A model generated the notes under the pieces. The model searched no databases and was not told where the DNA came from. It saw nothing but the letters and a program-made list of their open reading frames with translations. A program made the position numbers and the translations under genes. A stretch of DNA of 64,000 nucleotides from Pelagomonas calceolata (taxonomy: Eukaryota), in the NCBI GenBank assembly GCA_918797485.1, contig CAKKNE010000004.1, positions 496,001 through 560,000 of the forward strand, read 5' to 3'. The first letter of the stretch is position 1. Each line of letters begins with the position of its first letter. Below, one piece after another: positions 10,736-20,482 of this stretch.

Positions 10736-11626
10736 TTACGGCCGCCGCCAGTCGCCAGTCCGCCGCCGCCAATCCGCCAGTCCGCCGCCGCCGCCAAGGC
10801 GCCAGTACTCCATCACCTTCCAGAAGACCGGGTCGGGGACGCCTGCCGTGCGCCGCGGCGGGGCACGAATACGGCGCGTCGTAATGGCGCGCGTTAAGAA
10901 ACCAGCCCGCCCGCCGAAGAGGCGCGCGACGACTTCGGGCGTCGCCGGCCCGAAGCTCGCGCGGCCGCGCGCGAGGAGGGAGCGGAGCCGCAGCAACTCC
11001 TTGTATGGCGCCAAGACATAGCCCTTGTAAGATCCCGCCAGGCGCGTCCCCTCGAGGATCGACACGGACTCCGCATAGAAGGCCACTTCGTAATTGCATG
11101 AAGTACGAAAATAGGCGAGCCGTGACCGAACGTAATTTTCAGGCGTCAAGCCGTGACAACTTTTCGCGTCCGTATCTATTCCGACAATAAGCATCATCCG
11201 CAAGAGACGAGGATATTGTATAACAATTCTCATGATACGATCAGGGTCCTGTTTAAATTTGATATCCGCGCCGCTCTCAATGAGTAATTTTGCAGCATCG
11301 GCAAACTGCTGGTCCATCGCCAAGTATAACGCTGTAGCTCTGGGTCCCCCATAGTAAAATTCGTGGTCAAGGTCCGCGCCGTGGGCTATGAGGACGCGGA
11401 TCAAGTCGCAGTGTTCATGCTCCGTAGCGACCGCGAGAAGTCGTTGTCCGCGGACATTATTATCCTCGTCATCCGAGTCTATCTCCTCGAACACGTTTAT
11501 AAGCTGGCGGTATCCATCGGGTAAATCCTGGTTCGCGTCTCCGCCGCTCTCGAGCCAGCTCCGGACCATCGCGACGTCGCCGCGGGCCGTAGCAAGGACT
11601 ATCTCGTTCGGCACCCGGCTGGTCAT
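10736..11626 (-). CDS. Ankyrin-repeat protein
   Basis: ATARGDVAMVRSWLESGGDAN, LIRVLIAHGADLD and TALYLA...AAKLLIESGADI. Confidence 0.8.
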   Translation of the reverse strand: MTSRVPNEIVLATARGDVAMVRSWLESGGDANQDLPDGYRQLINVFEEIDSDDEDNNVRGQRLLAVATEHEHCDLIRVLIAHGADLDHEFYYGGPRATALYLAMDQQFADAAKLLIESGADIKFKQDPDRIMRIVIQYPRLLRMMLIVGIDTDAKSCHGLTPENYVRSRLAYFRTSCNYEVAFYAESVSILEGTRLAGSYKGYVLAPYKELLRLRSLLARGRASFGPATPEVVARLFGGRAGFLTRAITTRRIRAPPRRTAGVPDPVFWKVMEYWRLGGGGGLADWRRRTGDWRRP

Positions 11627-11663
11627 AACTGAAGCTCGTTGGGCACCCGGCTGGTCATAACTG
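11603..11663. repeat. Direct repeat with 32-bp period spanning the ankyrin gene start codon
   Basis: ctcgtt(c/g)ggcacccggctggtcataactg at 11603-11631 and 11635-11663. Confidence 0.9.
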
Positions 11664-11873
11664 GAACTACTACTCAGATCTGCGTACCGCTAGCGCAAAT
11701 CCGCGCGCCCGGGTCAGGAGTGCTGCCTGGGTGCTGCTGCTGAGCCTACGCTGGTGCGCCAACGAAAGCGCTACCGCGGCAGGACTGGACAGAATGTATC
11801 CAGAGAGCGCCCAAGGTCTAAAACGACGAATGCCCCCAGCCGCGCGCAACAAAGCCGGATTAAACTCGCCCCA

Positions 11874-11895
11874 GCTAGCGGCGTAAGGCACTAGC
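11874..11895 (+). promoter_or_regulatory. Conserved upstream motif, copy 3
   Basis: GCTAGCGGCGTAAGGCACTAGC in a divergent intergenic gap. Confidence 0.6.
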
Positions 11896-12055
11896 AAGGC
11901 CAACGCTCGAGCAATCGGCCGAGCGGCGGCCATAGCGACGCTGTCGCCGCGCGGGGCAGCCTTAAAAGGACCCGCCGGACCACCACCGGGCGCCGGGCAG
12001 CCGGGGCAAACCGCAGTGCCAGCCCCACGATGAGACCATAGCCACAACAACAACC

Positions 12056-14626
12056 ATGGTAGCAACACCGAGGCTAGTACCGGATCCCCCCGACTCGAAA
12101 CCGGGCCGCCTCCTCTTCCGCAACTACCTGACGGTGCCCTACCACGAGGAGATCGCGTTAAGGGAGAAGACCGAGTACCTCGAACTGCTCCGCACGTTGA
12201 AAATAAAGGAGATCGAGGCGGCCGAAGCGCGGGCTACCAAAAGAGCGGAAAGGCGTAGAGAACGGTTGCGGGCCGAGGTGCCCGTCGGCGGCGCGACCAC
12301 CGCGGTCCGAGCTAAGTTGGAGCTGGCGCCATTGCTAGCCTCGAACGGTGAAGTACTCTTCTCCCAGGATGAGGAGGGCTACGTCAACTTACCTTCGTTG
12401 CGCGTGCCTCCCGCGTCGGAGAAGACGCCGTTTCGACGACGATTACCTCGCAATTCACAAGACCGAGAGGAGGAAGTGAGACATTACGAGGGCCATCAGA
12501 GGGACGTCTTCCGCGACTCTCTCGCTTTGTCCGATGAAGAGGTGGACAAGCTCGAGACGACGTTCGCGCGGCCCGATAGAAGACGATGCATGACCGCTTC
12601 AGATGATAGTGAAGCGAGGCGATGGGAAACGGACTCAGATATGCGGGACCCGCTGCGGCCTCGTTCAGCACCATCTACTCCCTCACCGCCGAAAGCTACT
12701 TCTGATGAAAGGCGAGCCGCTCTCGCGAAGCGGATGGACCTGACCGTTACTGACCGGAAGCCGTGGACCGAGTTGCTCGAGACTGGTACACTTGAGGATG
12801 ATGCCTTTGCTGTTGATCCTGAACTCGCAACGTCCATCAAGCTCCATGACGAGGAAGTCATTACTATAAAAGAAATCATCACCGGCCAGTCGCAGGGTCA
12901 ATTCCACGTCACTGATGCGGACGTAGCGGCGAAGATGTGGAAGATGGGCGCGACGCGGGCCTGGGAGTTCTTGGAGCGGGTGTTCTTGTCCTTGGTGCAC
13001 GCTTCTTTTGTCCGGTGGCGGACGCAGGCGGAGGCGGCACTTGCCGCGTATCGTGCTCGAGAATACAGAAAATTTCAAGGTAGTCGCAAACTCGCCTTCG
13101 CGTGGCTCGACGGCTTGATGCGGACGATGGCGCGGGGCTGGATCGCCTGGTGTGCGCTGGTTGCTAGATTGAGGATTATTGAAAGGGTGCGGTGGCAAAC
13201 CATCTGTGCATTGATGATGCAGCGGCTGTGGCGGAGCTTCCTCGGGAGGAGGATCGTGCAGGCGGCGCGCGAGGCCATGTACGCGGAACGCTGCCGACGA
13301 GCGGCTGCTGGTTTACAAGCCATGTGGCGGCGACGGGCCGCGTGGAAAAAGTTCCAGATACTGGTGTATGAGTACCGGAGGGAATGTAAGGCGCTTATCA
13401 TACAGTGCGCCTGGAGGTGTTATCTCGCACGGTGTCGGAGGGCGTACTTGCTGGAGCAGAAGCGGCGGCGCGACGCGGCAATTATGATCCAGTGTCGGGA
13501 ACGCCAGAGGCAAGCGAAGGCCGAGGTTGACAGGCGAAGGCTCGCGCGCGAGCAGGAGAAGGCTTCTAGATTGATACAACGCGTTGCGAGGGGAAGACGA
13601 GGTCGACGGGAAGCGGCTCGACTGAGGGAGGAACGTAGAGTCGCGGGAATCATCAAGAAGCTCCAGGCCCGGATCAGGGTCATGATGGCCTGCCATCGCT
13701 TTGTGATTTTGAGGCAGATCGCCGACGCCTACCACAAGGAACTCGTGTATCAGGCCACGAAAATGCAAGCTTTTTATCGAGGTAAGCGAGCAAGGATGAT
13801 GACGCGCATCAAGATGCACAACCTGCGCCAGAAAAAGTTGAGATTGATCAACAACCACAAGCAGTGCCAGCGGTTGTGTCGCGGGTTCTCGGCTCGTCGA
13901 TTCACGAAGCGGTTGCGGATCGAGACTCGTAAACGACGAGTGAAGCAGGCCAAGTCCTGGAGGCAGGTCGCCGAGGACCCGGCGAACCCGGGCATACCCA
14001 TCGACCCCGACACGACGCTATTGACGCAAGATCAACAAAGAATAGTGTGGACTTCATTGGAGACCGGTGAGACGGTCGACGAGGAACCCGTCGAAGGTTT
14101 TACAGATGTGAAACGGTGCCTCCACCTCGAAAAGGTCTATGGTATTTCGGAGTTTATCATGAATCCATTATTAACGATGGACGCCGTAGATATGGTGGCC
14201 TTCCAAGAAGCTAAGAGGTGTAGTGAATGCGAGGAGAGAGACGCGTCGCGCTTGTGCGACTACTGTGGCGACAAGTTCTGCGCGCAATGTTGGCCCGTGG
14301 TCCATGATGCGGGGCGGCAACATCACACCTACATCACGGTCAATAAACCGGAATGTTCGCACTGCATGTCGCAGTTCGCCGTGCGTTACTGCAAGCAGTG
14401 CGACGAGGAGTTCTGCGAGGAGTGCTATTTGTCTTTGCACGTCGGGAAAGTCATGTCCCAGCATATCTGGACGATCACGGAGGACGGAGCCATCGATTAC
14501 GGGGTCAAGCAGGCCTTGACGCCGATCAAATCCCTCCCGTACTTCCGGAAGGACGGCGTCTTCTACGATAGCGACGACGGGGCCCTGGCGGAGAACTCGA
14601 AATCCTATAGTATCCCGCAATCATAA
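12056..14626 (+). CDS. IQ-motif repeat protein with C-terminal B-box-type zinc fingers
   Basis: Multiple IQ motifs (MQRLWRSFLGR, LQAMWRR, IQRVARGRRGR, MQAFYRGKRAR); two Cys/His fingers (CSEC...CDYCGDKFCAQC...H). Confidence 0.85.
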   Translation: MVATPRLVPDPPDSKPGRLLFRNYLTVPYHEEIALREKTEYLELLRTLKIKEIEAAEARATKRAERRRERLRAEVPVGGATTAVRAKLELAPLLASNGEVLFSQDEEGYVNLPSLRVPPASEKTPFRRRLPRNSQDREEEVRHYEGHQRDVFRDSLALSDEEVDKLETTFARPDRRRCMTASDDSEARRWETDSDMRDPLRPRSAPSTPSPPKATSDERRAALAKRMDLTVTDRKPWTELLETGTLEDDAFAVDPELATSIKLHDEEVITIKEIITGQSQGQFHVTDADVAAKMWKMGATRAWEFLERVFLSLVHASFVRWRTQAEAALAAYRAREYRKFQGSRKLAFAWLDGLMRTMARGWIAWCALVARLRIIERVRWQTICALMMQRLWRSFLGRRIVQAAREAMYAERCRRAAAGLQAMWRRRAAWKKFQILVYEYRRECKALIIQCAWRCYLARCRRAYLLEQKRRRDAAIMIQCRERQRQAKAEVDRRRLAREQEKASRLIQRVARGRRGRREAARLREERRVAGIIKKLQARIRVMMACHRFVILRQIADAYHKELVYQATKMQAFYRGKRARMMTRIKMHNLRQKKLRLINNHKQCQRLCRGFSARRFTKRLRIETRKRRVKQAKSWRQVAEDPANPGIPIDPDTTLLTQDQQRIVWTSLETGETVDEEPVEGFTDVKRCLHLEKVYGISEFIMNPLLTMDAVDMVAFQEAKRCSECEERDASRLCDYCGDKFCAQCWPVVHDAGRQHHTYITVNKPECSHCMSQFAVRYCKQCDEEFCEECYLSLHVGKVMSQHIWTITEDGAIDYGVKQALTPIKSLPYFRKDGVFYDSDDGALAENSKSYSIPQS

Positions 14627-14629
14627 GAA

Positions 14630-14687
14630 TTAGTTTTGTGACTTACTCGTCGGCGGCGTTAGTTTTGTGACTTACTCGTCGGCGGCG
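14630..14687. repeat. Perfect 29-bp tandem duplication covering the MYND gene stop codon
   Basis: Two copies of ttagttttgtgacttactcgtcggcggcg. Confidence 0.95.
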
Positions 14688-15804
14688 TCTCGCGGGCGCG
14701 GAGCGCGGTTCGTGCGTTTCGCAGGGATGTCGCAGTTTGCGTTGCGACCGGGTGCGCGCCACCGAAAACGCGCCTCGCTGTCCGCTCTATCTCCTCGAGC
14801 GTCGTCACTGCCTCACGGAGATGGTCGAGCGTGGCGTCGTCGTCCGCGTAGAGCGCCTTCGCGTAATTCATCCTCATCCTGAGCGTGGTCTCTTCATTAT
14901 TATCGAGAACGCGTCGCGCAACTGGAATTGTTTTGCGCAGCAGCGACTTGGCTTCTTCGAAGCGCCTTACAACAATAAGGGTGAACGCGTAGTTGTTGGC
15001 TGCTAAAAGGGTCGTTCCATTTTCTTCGCCTTTGAGCCTCAAATTCCCGGAGTATACGTCTCGCAACATCCGCACGGCGTTTTCCTGCCGTCCTAGACAA
15101 CTATATGTGCTCGCAAGATTGCTCTGCACGACAAGAATGCTGTGTTCTGATACGCCAAGGCGCCGCTTCATAGCCAACTCGGCCTCCATCACTGATAACG
15201 AGTCCTCGTATTGTCCTGATTCGTGTAACCCGTTCCCAAGCAGGTTAATCGCAGGGATCCGAAGCTGGTCCGTCTCCGGCCGACCAACATATGTTTTCCA
15301 GCACGCCCACCCGAGCGCGCACCGCACGACGCCGTGGTAGCCTTGCTCGCACAGACTGCACGTGTGCCACCGGTTCAACCTCTCATCCAGCACCTTAACG
15401 CCCAAATTGTTCGCCTCGGCCTCCGCGACCAAAATCTTCGCCTGCTCCGCCAGACACGACACGTGCGCGAAGCCCGCCGTCCCGCGGCACGCGCACCCGC
15501 GCACGAGGCACTCCTTCGTTTTCCAGTGGAGGGCCTGCGTGCAGATGTAGCACGTCTGGCCCTTCGTGTCCTCCGCGCACGCCTCCGCCGCGACTGCTAC
15601 GGCCACCGTGTACTTCTGATTCGCATTGTGCTGCTCGGCGCCGCCTGCTCTTTTTATTGGTTTGCAGAGCTTGTCGTGGCCGCCCTCTTTCCAGTGCTGC
15701 ACCTGGCAGGCTGCCCCGCAGTAGCGCGTGCTGCAGCGGCCGCATTTCTTGCCCAAAGTTAGCCCAAGCTCGGTGGCGCAGACGGCGCACTGCGTGAGGA
15801 TCAT
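14659..15804 (-). CDS. MYND zinc finger + RING-CH + TPR (kinesin-light-chain-like) protein
   Basis: CAVC...CGRCSTRYCGAACQVQHW...HDKLC; CYIC...CACRGTAGFAHVSCL...CSLC; TPR repeats (QSNLASTYSCLG, ARRVFGGAHP). Confidence 0.88.
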   Translation of the reverse strand: MILTQCAVCATELGLTLGKKCGRCSTRYCGAACQVQHWKEGGHDKLCKPIKRAGGAEQHNANQKYTVAVAVAAEACAEDTKGQTCYICTQALHWKTKECLVRGCACRGTAGFAHVSCLAEQAKILVAEAEANNLGVKVLDERLNRWHTCSLCEQGYHGVVRCALGWACWKTYVGRPETDQLRIPAINLLGNGLHESGQYEDSLSVMEAELAMKRRLGVSEHSILVVQSNLASTYSCLGRQENAVRMLRDVYSGNLRLKGEENGTTLLAANNYAFTLIVVRRFEEAKSLLRKTIPVARRVLDNNEETTLRMRMNYAKALYADDDATLDHLREAVTTLEEIERTARRVFGGAHPVATQTATSLRNARTALRARETPPTSKSQN

Positions 15805-16051
15805 ATTACGACCGATGCGGCTTGGGGTAGCCTTTTGAGGTGTTTTTTTTCAGCTGGTGTTTGGTGTGCTCTCTGGTCCTCAGCCCCGCACGCCCCGCCG
15901 CCGACAGGACATCTCAGGGCCGCGCGGCAGACGTCCCCCCGGCGCGCGGATCGATGAGACCGCGCCTGTTGCTCTCGAGGCGCTTGAACAGTGACAAGGC
16001 CAGAGCCAATTATAAATTCGCGGCGCAGCCCAGTTAAAATCAGCCGCCGCC

Positions 16052-16852
16052 ATGGCGCAGCCCGCGACGACCTCGACGGAGAACACGCTCAGGAAACTAC
16101 CCGGCGACGTCGTCACGTACGTGGTGAGTTTCCTGAAGCTTGAGGCCCTGTGTGCCCTCCACACCACCGGCCAAAAGAACGGCTGCCCCGACGAAGCCTG
16201 GCGCGTAAGAATACCTCAAAACACGCTCTTCGCATTGAAGCAGCCCAAACCGTTCACGACCTTTAGAAACAGATGGACGGAGTGGGCGGGCGCCCGGCGA
16301 AGTGATTTAGTGGTCCTCCCGGGCCGCTTCCGCTTCCAGGGGACCGTCGAGGACCGGAAGGGTTTGTGCCGGTCGACGGGGCGCATGGACTTTTCCGCAA
16401 AATTAGTTTGCGTCGGGGCCGTGGCGCACACGCGTGTTAGTAGTGGTGCAAAACTAGAGGGCCGGGGCTACGGCCATTTATGCGCGAATATCTTACCGGA
16501 GAATGGGAAAAGGGGCTGGGCCCTCGCCTGGAAGGAGAAGGTCGACGAGGCCGCGGGCTACTATTCTTATGTTGGGTCGGTGAGGACTCTGTCTGACGGG
16601 TCCCTGATCTGGTCAGGTTCTTTTTCCTGGTTCGGTCGTTTACAAGGAGCCTTCCGCTTTGTATTATCAAGGGATGATGGTACCGACGAAGCTACGATTC
16701 ATAGAGTCTGGGCGGGGCGGTCGGCGGCGCGCATCCTGGAAGGACCCGCTCCTAGGCCGCCCCTCGAGTTGTTGCGGCCGCCGCTGCAGATCAACCCGGC
16801 GGCGCGGCAGTTCGTCCGGCGGCTTGTAGACTTGCCGCCGGGGGCGTTGTAA
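16052..16852 (+). CDS. Putative F-box protein
   Basis: N-terminal LRKLPGDVVTYVVSFLKLEALCAL resembles an F-box. Confidence 0.6.
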   Translation: MAQPATTSTENTLRKLPGDVVTYVVSFLKLEALCALHTTGQKNGCPDEAWRVRIPQNTLFALKQPKPFTTFRNRWTEWAGARRSDLVVLPGRFRFQGTVEDRKGLCRSTGRMDFSAKLVCVGAVAHTRVSSGAKLEGRGYGHLCANILPENGKRGWALAWKEKVDEAAGYYSYVGSVRTLSDGSLIWSGSFSWFGRLQGAFRFVLSRDDGTDEATIHRVWAGRSAARILEGPAPRPPLELLRPPLQINPAARQFVRRLVDLPPGAL

Positions 16853-16875
16853 ATACAGGTGCTTAGTCAGTGTCT

Positions 16876-18393
16876 TCACTCCTCCTCCGGCTCCGGCCAC
16901 GGAACTTCGTCGGTCTCGATGCCCCAGGCCGACTCGAGGTGGGTGAGGGCCGCATTGCCGTCGCCTTCGCCGAAAATCATATCCTCCTCGAATATCTCGC
17001 AGTCGCGGAGGCGGAGGGCCTTCAGCGAGTGTTCGTCGAAGTCCTTCGCCTGCAACACGACATTCATCAGGTCGAGCGTCGTGAGCGTCGAAGGCAGGCG
17101 TGCGAGGGCGCCGTTGAGCTTCGGGAGGTCGCCCGTGTTGTCGCCGGACCCCCACGCCTTGCCGTGCTGCAGGAAGAGATGCTCGACGTTCGGCGCGGCC
17201 TGCATCAGAGTGGCGACCAGCGTCAAGAGCCCCTCGTCGGAGAGATGGTAGTCGTATCCGGCAAGAGGACCGACGTGGAGATGCTTCAGGCGCGGGAGCT
17301 TGGCGAACGTCGGGACTGGAGGGTGCCCGTCGCCGTACGTCTTCGTCGAGAACGACAGACTCTCGAGGTTCGCGAACCAGTCGCCGACGGCCGCTGGGAG
17401 CGCGAACGGGTCGGCGTTGTAGCCCGCGTAGCCATAGAGCTTCAAATGCGTGAGGAGCGGCGGCGCGCCGCCGCGCGAGGCCTTCCAGGTCGCCGCGGCC
17501 GCCTCGAGGCAGGAATACGCGGTCAGATCGGCTGGGGCGCAAAGGGTCTCGAGGCGGGTGCAGCAACCCAAAAACGCCGCGAAGGCGCCCTTTCCGGCCG
17601 ATGGCACCGAGGTCCCCACGACGAGCGTCCGGAGCGTCGCCTGGCACGGGTACTTCGTCCTCAAAACCTTCGCCAAAATTTGCTTGCCGTCGAGCGCGAG
17701 CTTTCGCAGGCTCGGGAAGGCGCGCAGGGCCGCCATGACTGCCCCAACCGACAGGGCATCGTTCCCCGTCGAGATGCCCAGCTCGACGACGGCGTTCTTG
17801 TCGATGACCCAGTCCAGGAGCTGCAGCGCGGGTCCCGTGCGGAGGCGACTGTACTGCCGCGCGTACCGGTGGTTCGGCAGCACGTCGGCGACGGGCTCCC
17901 ACACGGGCTCCTTCGTGCCCTGCAGCACGAGCGGCGCCTCGTTCAGACAGAACGATGTCCACAGGCCCTTGGCCATTTGCAGCCGGCGCCAGGACTTGCA
18001 TACGACCGTCGCCATCGTCAGCCGGTCCGATGTGGTGAGCTGCTCCAGGATTGCTCCCAAGCACTGAGTGTCGATCGCGTCGAAGGCGCCCGTGCCCTCG
18101 CGCTCGTTGCCTAGCTCGATGACTGCCTTGGGCGGCGGCGCGTGCCGCGCAGCCGCCGCTTCCAGGTCCCCGCGCGTCACGGGCTCGTTATTTTTGGCGC
18201 TGGCCAAGATCAGATCCTCGAGCTCCGCGCGCGGGCACTTGGCTATCACGTGCTCGAGTGGCACGAGCGGCGCCGCGCGTCGCCGCGGCGCCGGCTCCTC
18301 CTCCTCTAGGTCCATCTCTTGCGGCGGCGCGGCAAAGCCGTCCGCGGGCGCGGCCGCGCGCCGCGGGCGCGAGGTCCGGGCCTTCTTGGCCAT
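16876..18393 (-). CDS. F-box / leucine-rich repeat protein
   Basis: F-box FDAIDTQCLGAILEQL...ATVVCKSWRRL; LRRs FPSLRKLALD, CTRLETL, FANLESLSF and LPRLKHLHV. Confidence 0.8.
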   Translation of the reverse strand: MAKKARTSRPRRAAAPADGFAAPPQEMDLEEEEPAPRRRAAPLVPLEHVIAKCPRAELEDLILASAKNNEPVTRGDLEAAAARHAPPPKAVIELGNEREGTGAFDAIDTQCLGAILEQLTTSDRLTMATVVCKSWRRLQMAKGLWTSFCLNEAPLVLQGTKEPVWEPVADVLPNHRYARQYSRLRTGPALQLLDWVIDKNAVVELGISTGNDALSVGAVMAALRAFPSLRKLALDGKQILAKVLRTKYPCQATLRTLVVGTSVPSAGKGAFAAFLGCCTRLETLCAPADLTAYSCLEAAAATWKASRGGAPPLLTHLKLYGYAGYNADPFALPAAVGDWFANLESLSFSTKTYGDGHPPVPTFAKLPRLKHLHVGPLAGYDYHLSDEGLLTLVATLMQAAPNVEHLFLQHGKAWGSGDNTGDLPKLNGALARLPSTLTTLDLMNVVLQAKDFDEHSLKALRLRDCEIFEEDMIFGEGDGNAALTHLESAWGIETDEVPWPEPEEE

Positions 18394-18471
18394 CGATGCT
18401 GTGGATCGTGATCTCTTGAGCTGTGTAGCGCAAGCCACGGGCTGGGTACAAAAGGCCCAAAAAATAATCTG

Positions 18472-18494
18472 GCTAGCGGCAGTAACACACTAGA
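18472..18494 (+). promoter_or_regulatory. Conserved upstream motif, copy 4
   Basis: GCTAGCGGCAGTAACACACTAGA in a divergent gap. Confidence 0.5.
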
Positions 18495-18630
18495 GAGCTC
18501 AGGACAAGGCCGCATCGCGGCGCACGGGACCTCGCGCTGCCCGCGCCCGCTCCCCGGCCTCAGGACGTGCTACAGGACGCGCCGCGCGCAAAAAACGCGA
18601 CGCGTATTGGTGCGCGGGAGCGGCAGCACG

Positions 18631-19635
18631 ATGAACCGGGGCCCAATGACTGCCCGACGCTTGGCGCTGCTGCTCTGCGCCGCCCTGGCCGACGACGCGA
18701 CGGTCTCCGTCCTCCTCGACATCAATGGGGCGAAGCAGCCTTTGGTCATCCCAACCAGCGGCGCCGTCGACGCGACGGTGGCCGAATTCGCGGCCAGGCA
18801 CCAGCTCGACGGTGGCATGGGCTGCGCGGACCGCGCCTGCGTCGAGAACGCATTGAGAAGGCGCGCCAACGAGGCGGTGGCCGACGCGCGATTACCAAGG
18901 GCGCGCTGCCGCAACGAGCCTTGTGGTAGTGTCGCCACCGCACTAGACGCGCACGGCTCGAACAAGTGCGTGAACGGTCTCGGGAGCTTGTACGACGTGT
19001 TGTTACCCCCGTCGGTGCGGGAGCGGGCCACCGCTATTCTAGAAGTGGGCGTTGGCTCGCTCGACGACGCGCAACCGTCGTCGATGGCGCGCGAAGTGTC
19101 GGAAGGTCGTCTTCGGACGGACGCGGACGTCGAACTGTATGCTGAGAGGGAGCGGCGGCCCAAACCGGAAGGCGTCCGGTGCGTCGCCGAGTACTGCGTC
19201 GGGGCTTCGTTACGAGCCTGGGCCGAGCTCTTCCCGAACGCGACGATAACGGGATTGGACCCGGCCGACGACGCGGCGGCGCTGAACGGGTTACATGAGC
19301 GCATTCGGGTCATAACGTGCGACTCGCGCGACGACTCTTGTGTGGCGAAGTTGGGTTCGTATGATTTCATCGTCGACGACGGGCACCACTCGCTCGACGC
19401 CCAGCGTCGCACACTAAAGACGCTCTGGCCCTTCGTAAAGCCGGGCGGCTTGTATGTTATTGAGGACGTCGCCGACTGGGGCGAGCGGCTCGTCGCGGAC
19501 CGGGCCTACCTATCAAAAATCGTCGGACGGGAGACGCCGTACTTCTTCCTCGAGGCGCTGCGGTCGCAGACGGCGACGTCGTCCTGGCCCGGTGTACCAA
19601 AGATGGGGGCTCTGGTTTTTAGGCGGCCCGAGTAG
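18631..19635 (+). CDS. Class I SAM-dependent methyltransferase with signal peptide (sugar O-methyltransferase-like)
   Basis: ILEVGVG, ITGLD, YDFIVDDGHH and LWPFVKPGGLYVIEDV; hydrophobic N-terminus. Confidence 0.8.
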   Translation: MNRGPMTARRLALLLCAALADDATVSVLLDINGAKQPLVIPTSGAVDATVAEFAARHQLDGGMGCADRACVENALRRRANEAVADARLPRARCRNEPCGSVATALDAHGSNKCVNGLGSLYDVLLPPSVRERATAILEVGVGSLDDAQPSSMAREVSEGRLRTDADVELYAERERRPKPEGVRCVAEYCVGASLRAWAELFPNATITGLDPADDAAALNGLHERIRVITCDSRDDSCVAKLGSYDFIVDDGHHSLDAQRRTLKTLWPFVKPGGLYVIEDVADWGERLVADRAYLSKIVGRETPYFFLEALRSQTATSSWPGVPKMGALVFRRPE

Positions 19636-19644
19636 TGTTGTATG

Positions 19645-20238
19645 TTAACGTTTAGTTGCTATGAGCAGATCCCCTCGCACGTCGCGCTGCACGCGCAGGT
19701 CGTCGTCGAGGTAGAGCAGGTCGCCCCAGCCCTTGCCCACGGGCGGGAGCGGTATATCGTAACCCCGCCACCGCAGCGAACAGCTCGAGAAGGCGAAGTT
19801 GAAGCGCGCGCCGCTCGCGTCGGCCGCGTCGGGCTCGATCGTGGAGCCGACGAAGAGCCTGCTGTCGTTGTCGAAGAGCACTAAGTTTTCGAGCCGGCCA
19901 TTCGCGACGTCGATGGTCTGCTCGACGCCAGTACACGGCCCGGCCGCGAAGAGCCCCTTCTCGACCGCAAACAGCAGCTCGCTCTCGGTCGTCCAGAGCA
20001 GTTTCCAGTTGCCCGAGAATTTGGGCGACTCTGCCGGCCGCGGCGTGGGATTAATTGATGCGAGCTGATCTATCAAGCCATCCAAACGATCCCTGTCGAT
20101 CGGGTTGGCGCCGTAATTGCTGCCAGTGCACAGGTCGAGGAGCTGCTGCTTTGGAGTGCTACTTTTGGGCGCGAAAAAAGCTTGCAGCGCGGCAGCCTGG
20201 GTAAGAAGGAGTGCCACGCCCCATCTCTGGTGCATCAT
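19645..20238 (-). CDS. Plastid lipid-associated protein (PAP/fibrillin family)
   Basis: LASINPT, GNWKLLWTT, EQTIDV and YLDDDLRVQR; bipartite targeting-like N-terminus. Confidence 0.88.
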   Translation of the reverse strand: MMHQRWGVALLLTQAAALQAFFAPKSSTPKQQLLDLCTGSNYGANPIDRDRLDGLIDQLASINPTPRPAESPKFSGNWKLLWTTESELLFAVEKGLFAAGPCTGVEQTIDVANGRLENLVLFDNDSRLFVGSTIEPDAADASGARFNFAFSSCSLRWRGYDIPLPPVGKGWGDLLYLDDDLRVQRDVRGDLLIATKR

Positions 20239-20278
20239 TGCTGCCTCTCAGCCGTGTTTTAGGCCCTCGACGCTGTTT

Positions 20279-20302
20279 GCTAGTGTCTTACTGGTCGCTA
20301 GC
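20279..20302 (-). promoter_or_regulatory. Conserved upstream motif, copy 5
   Basis: GCTAGTGTCTTACTGGTCGCTAGC in a divergent gap. Confidence 0.6.
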
Positions 20303-20482
20303 TAATTCGCCACGGGTGCAGCCTTAAAAGCCGCCATACTGCGCACATAGGAGCTTAACCGTCACGTGCGCCGCTGCATCAACACTGCCTGCGCCTGTGC
20401 CACGGGTGCATCCACATTTTTCGACATCTCGTGCTCGCGAACAGCGAAAAACTGCGTGTCACACTGCAACCACGCCCTAGTT

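Noticed and set aside
16667..18114. Long overlapping or antisense ORFs (here and at 30558..32075, 38485..39447, 40500..41807 and others)
   Set aside because: Shadow ORFs expected from high GC and codon bias; low-complexity Arg/Ala/Gly translations opposite well-supported genes
20308..20415. GCCACGGGTGCA repeated twice, with a CACGTG, in the fibrillin / DUF1997-like divergent promoter
   Set aside because: Only two short copies; cannot be distinguished from chance or assigned to a regulator
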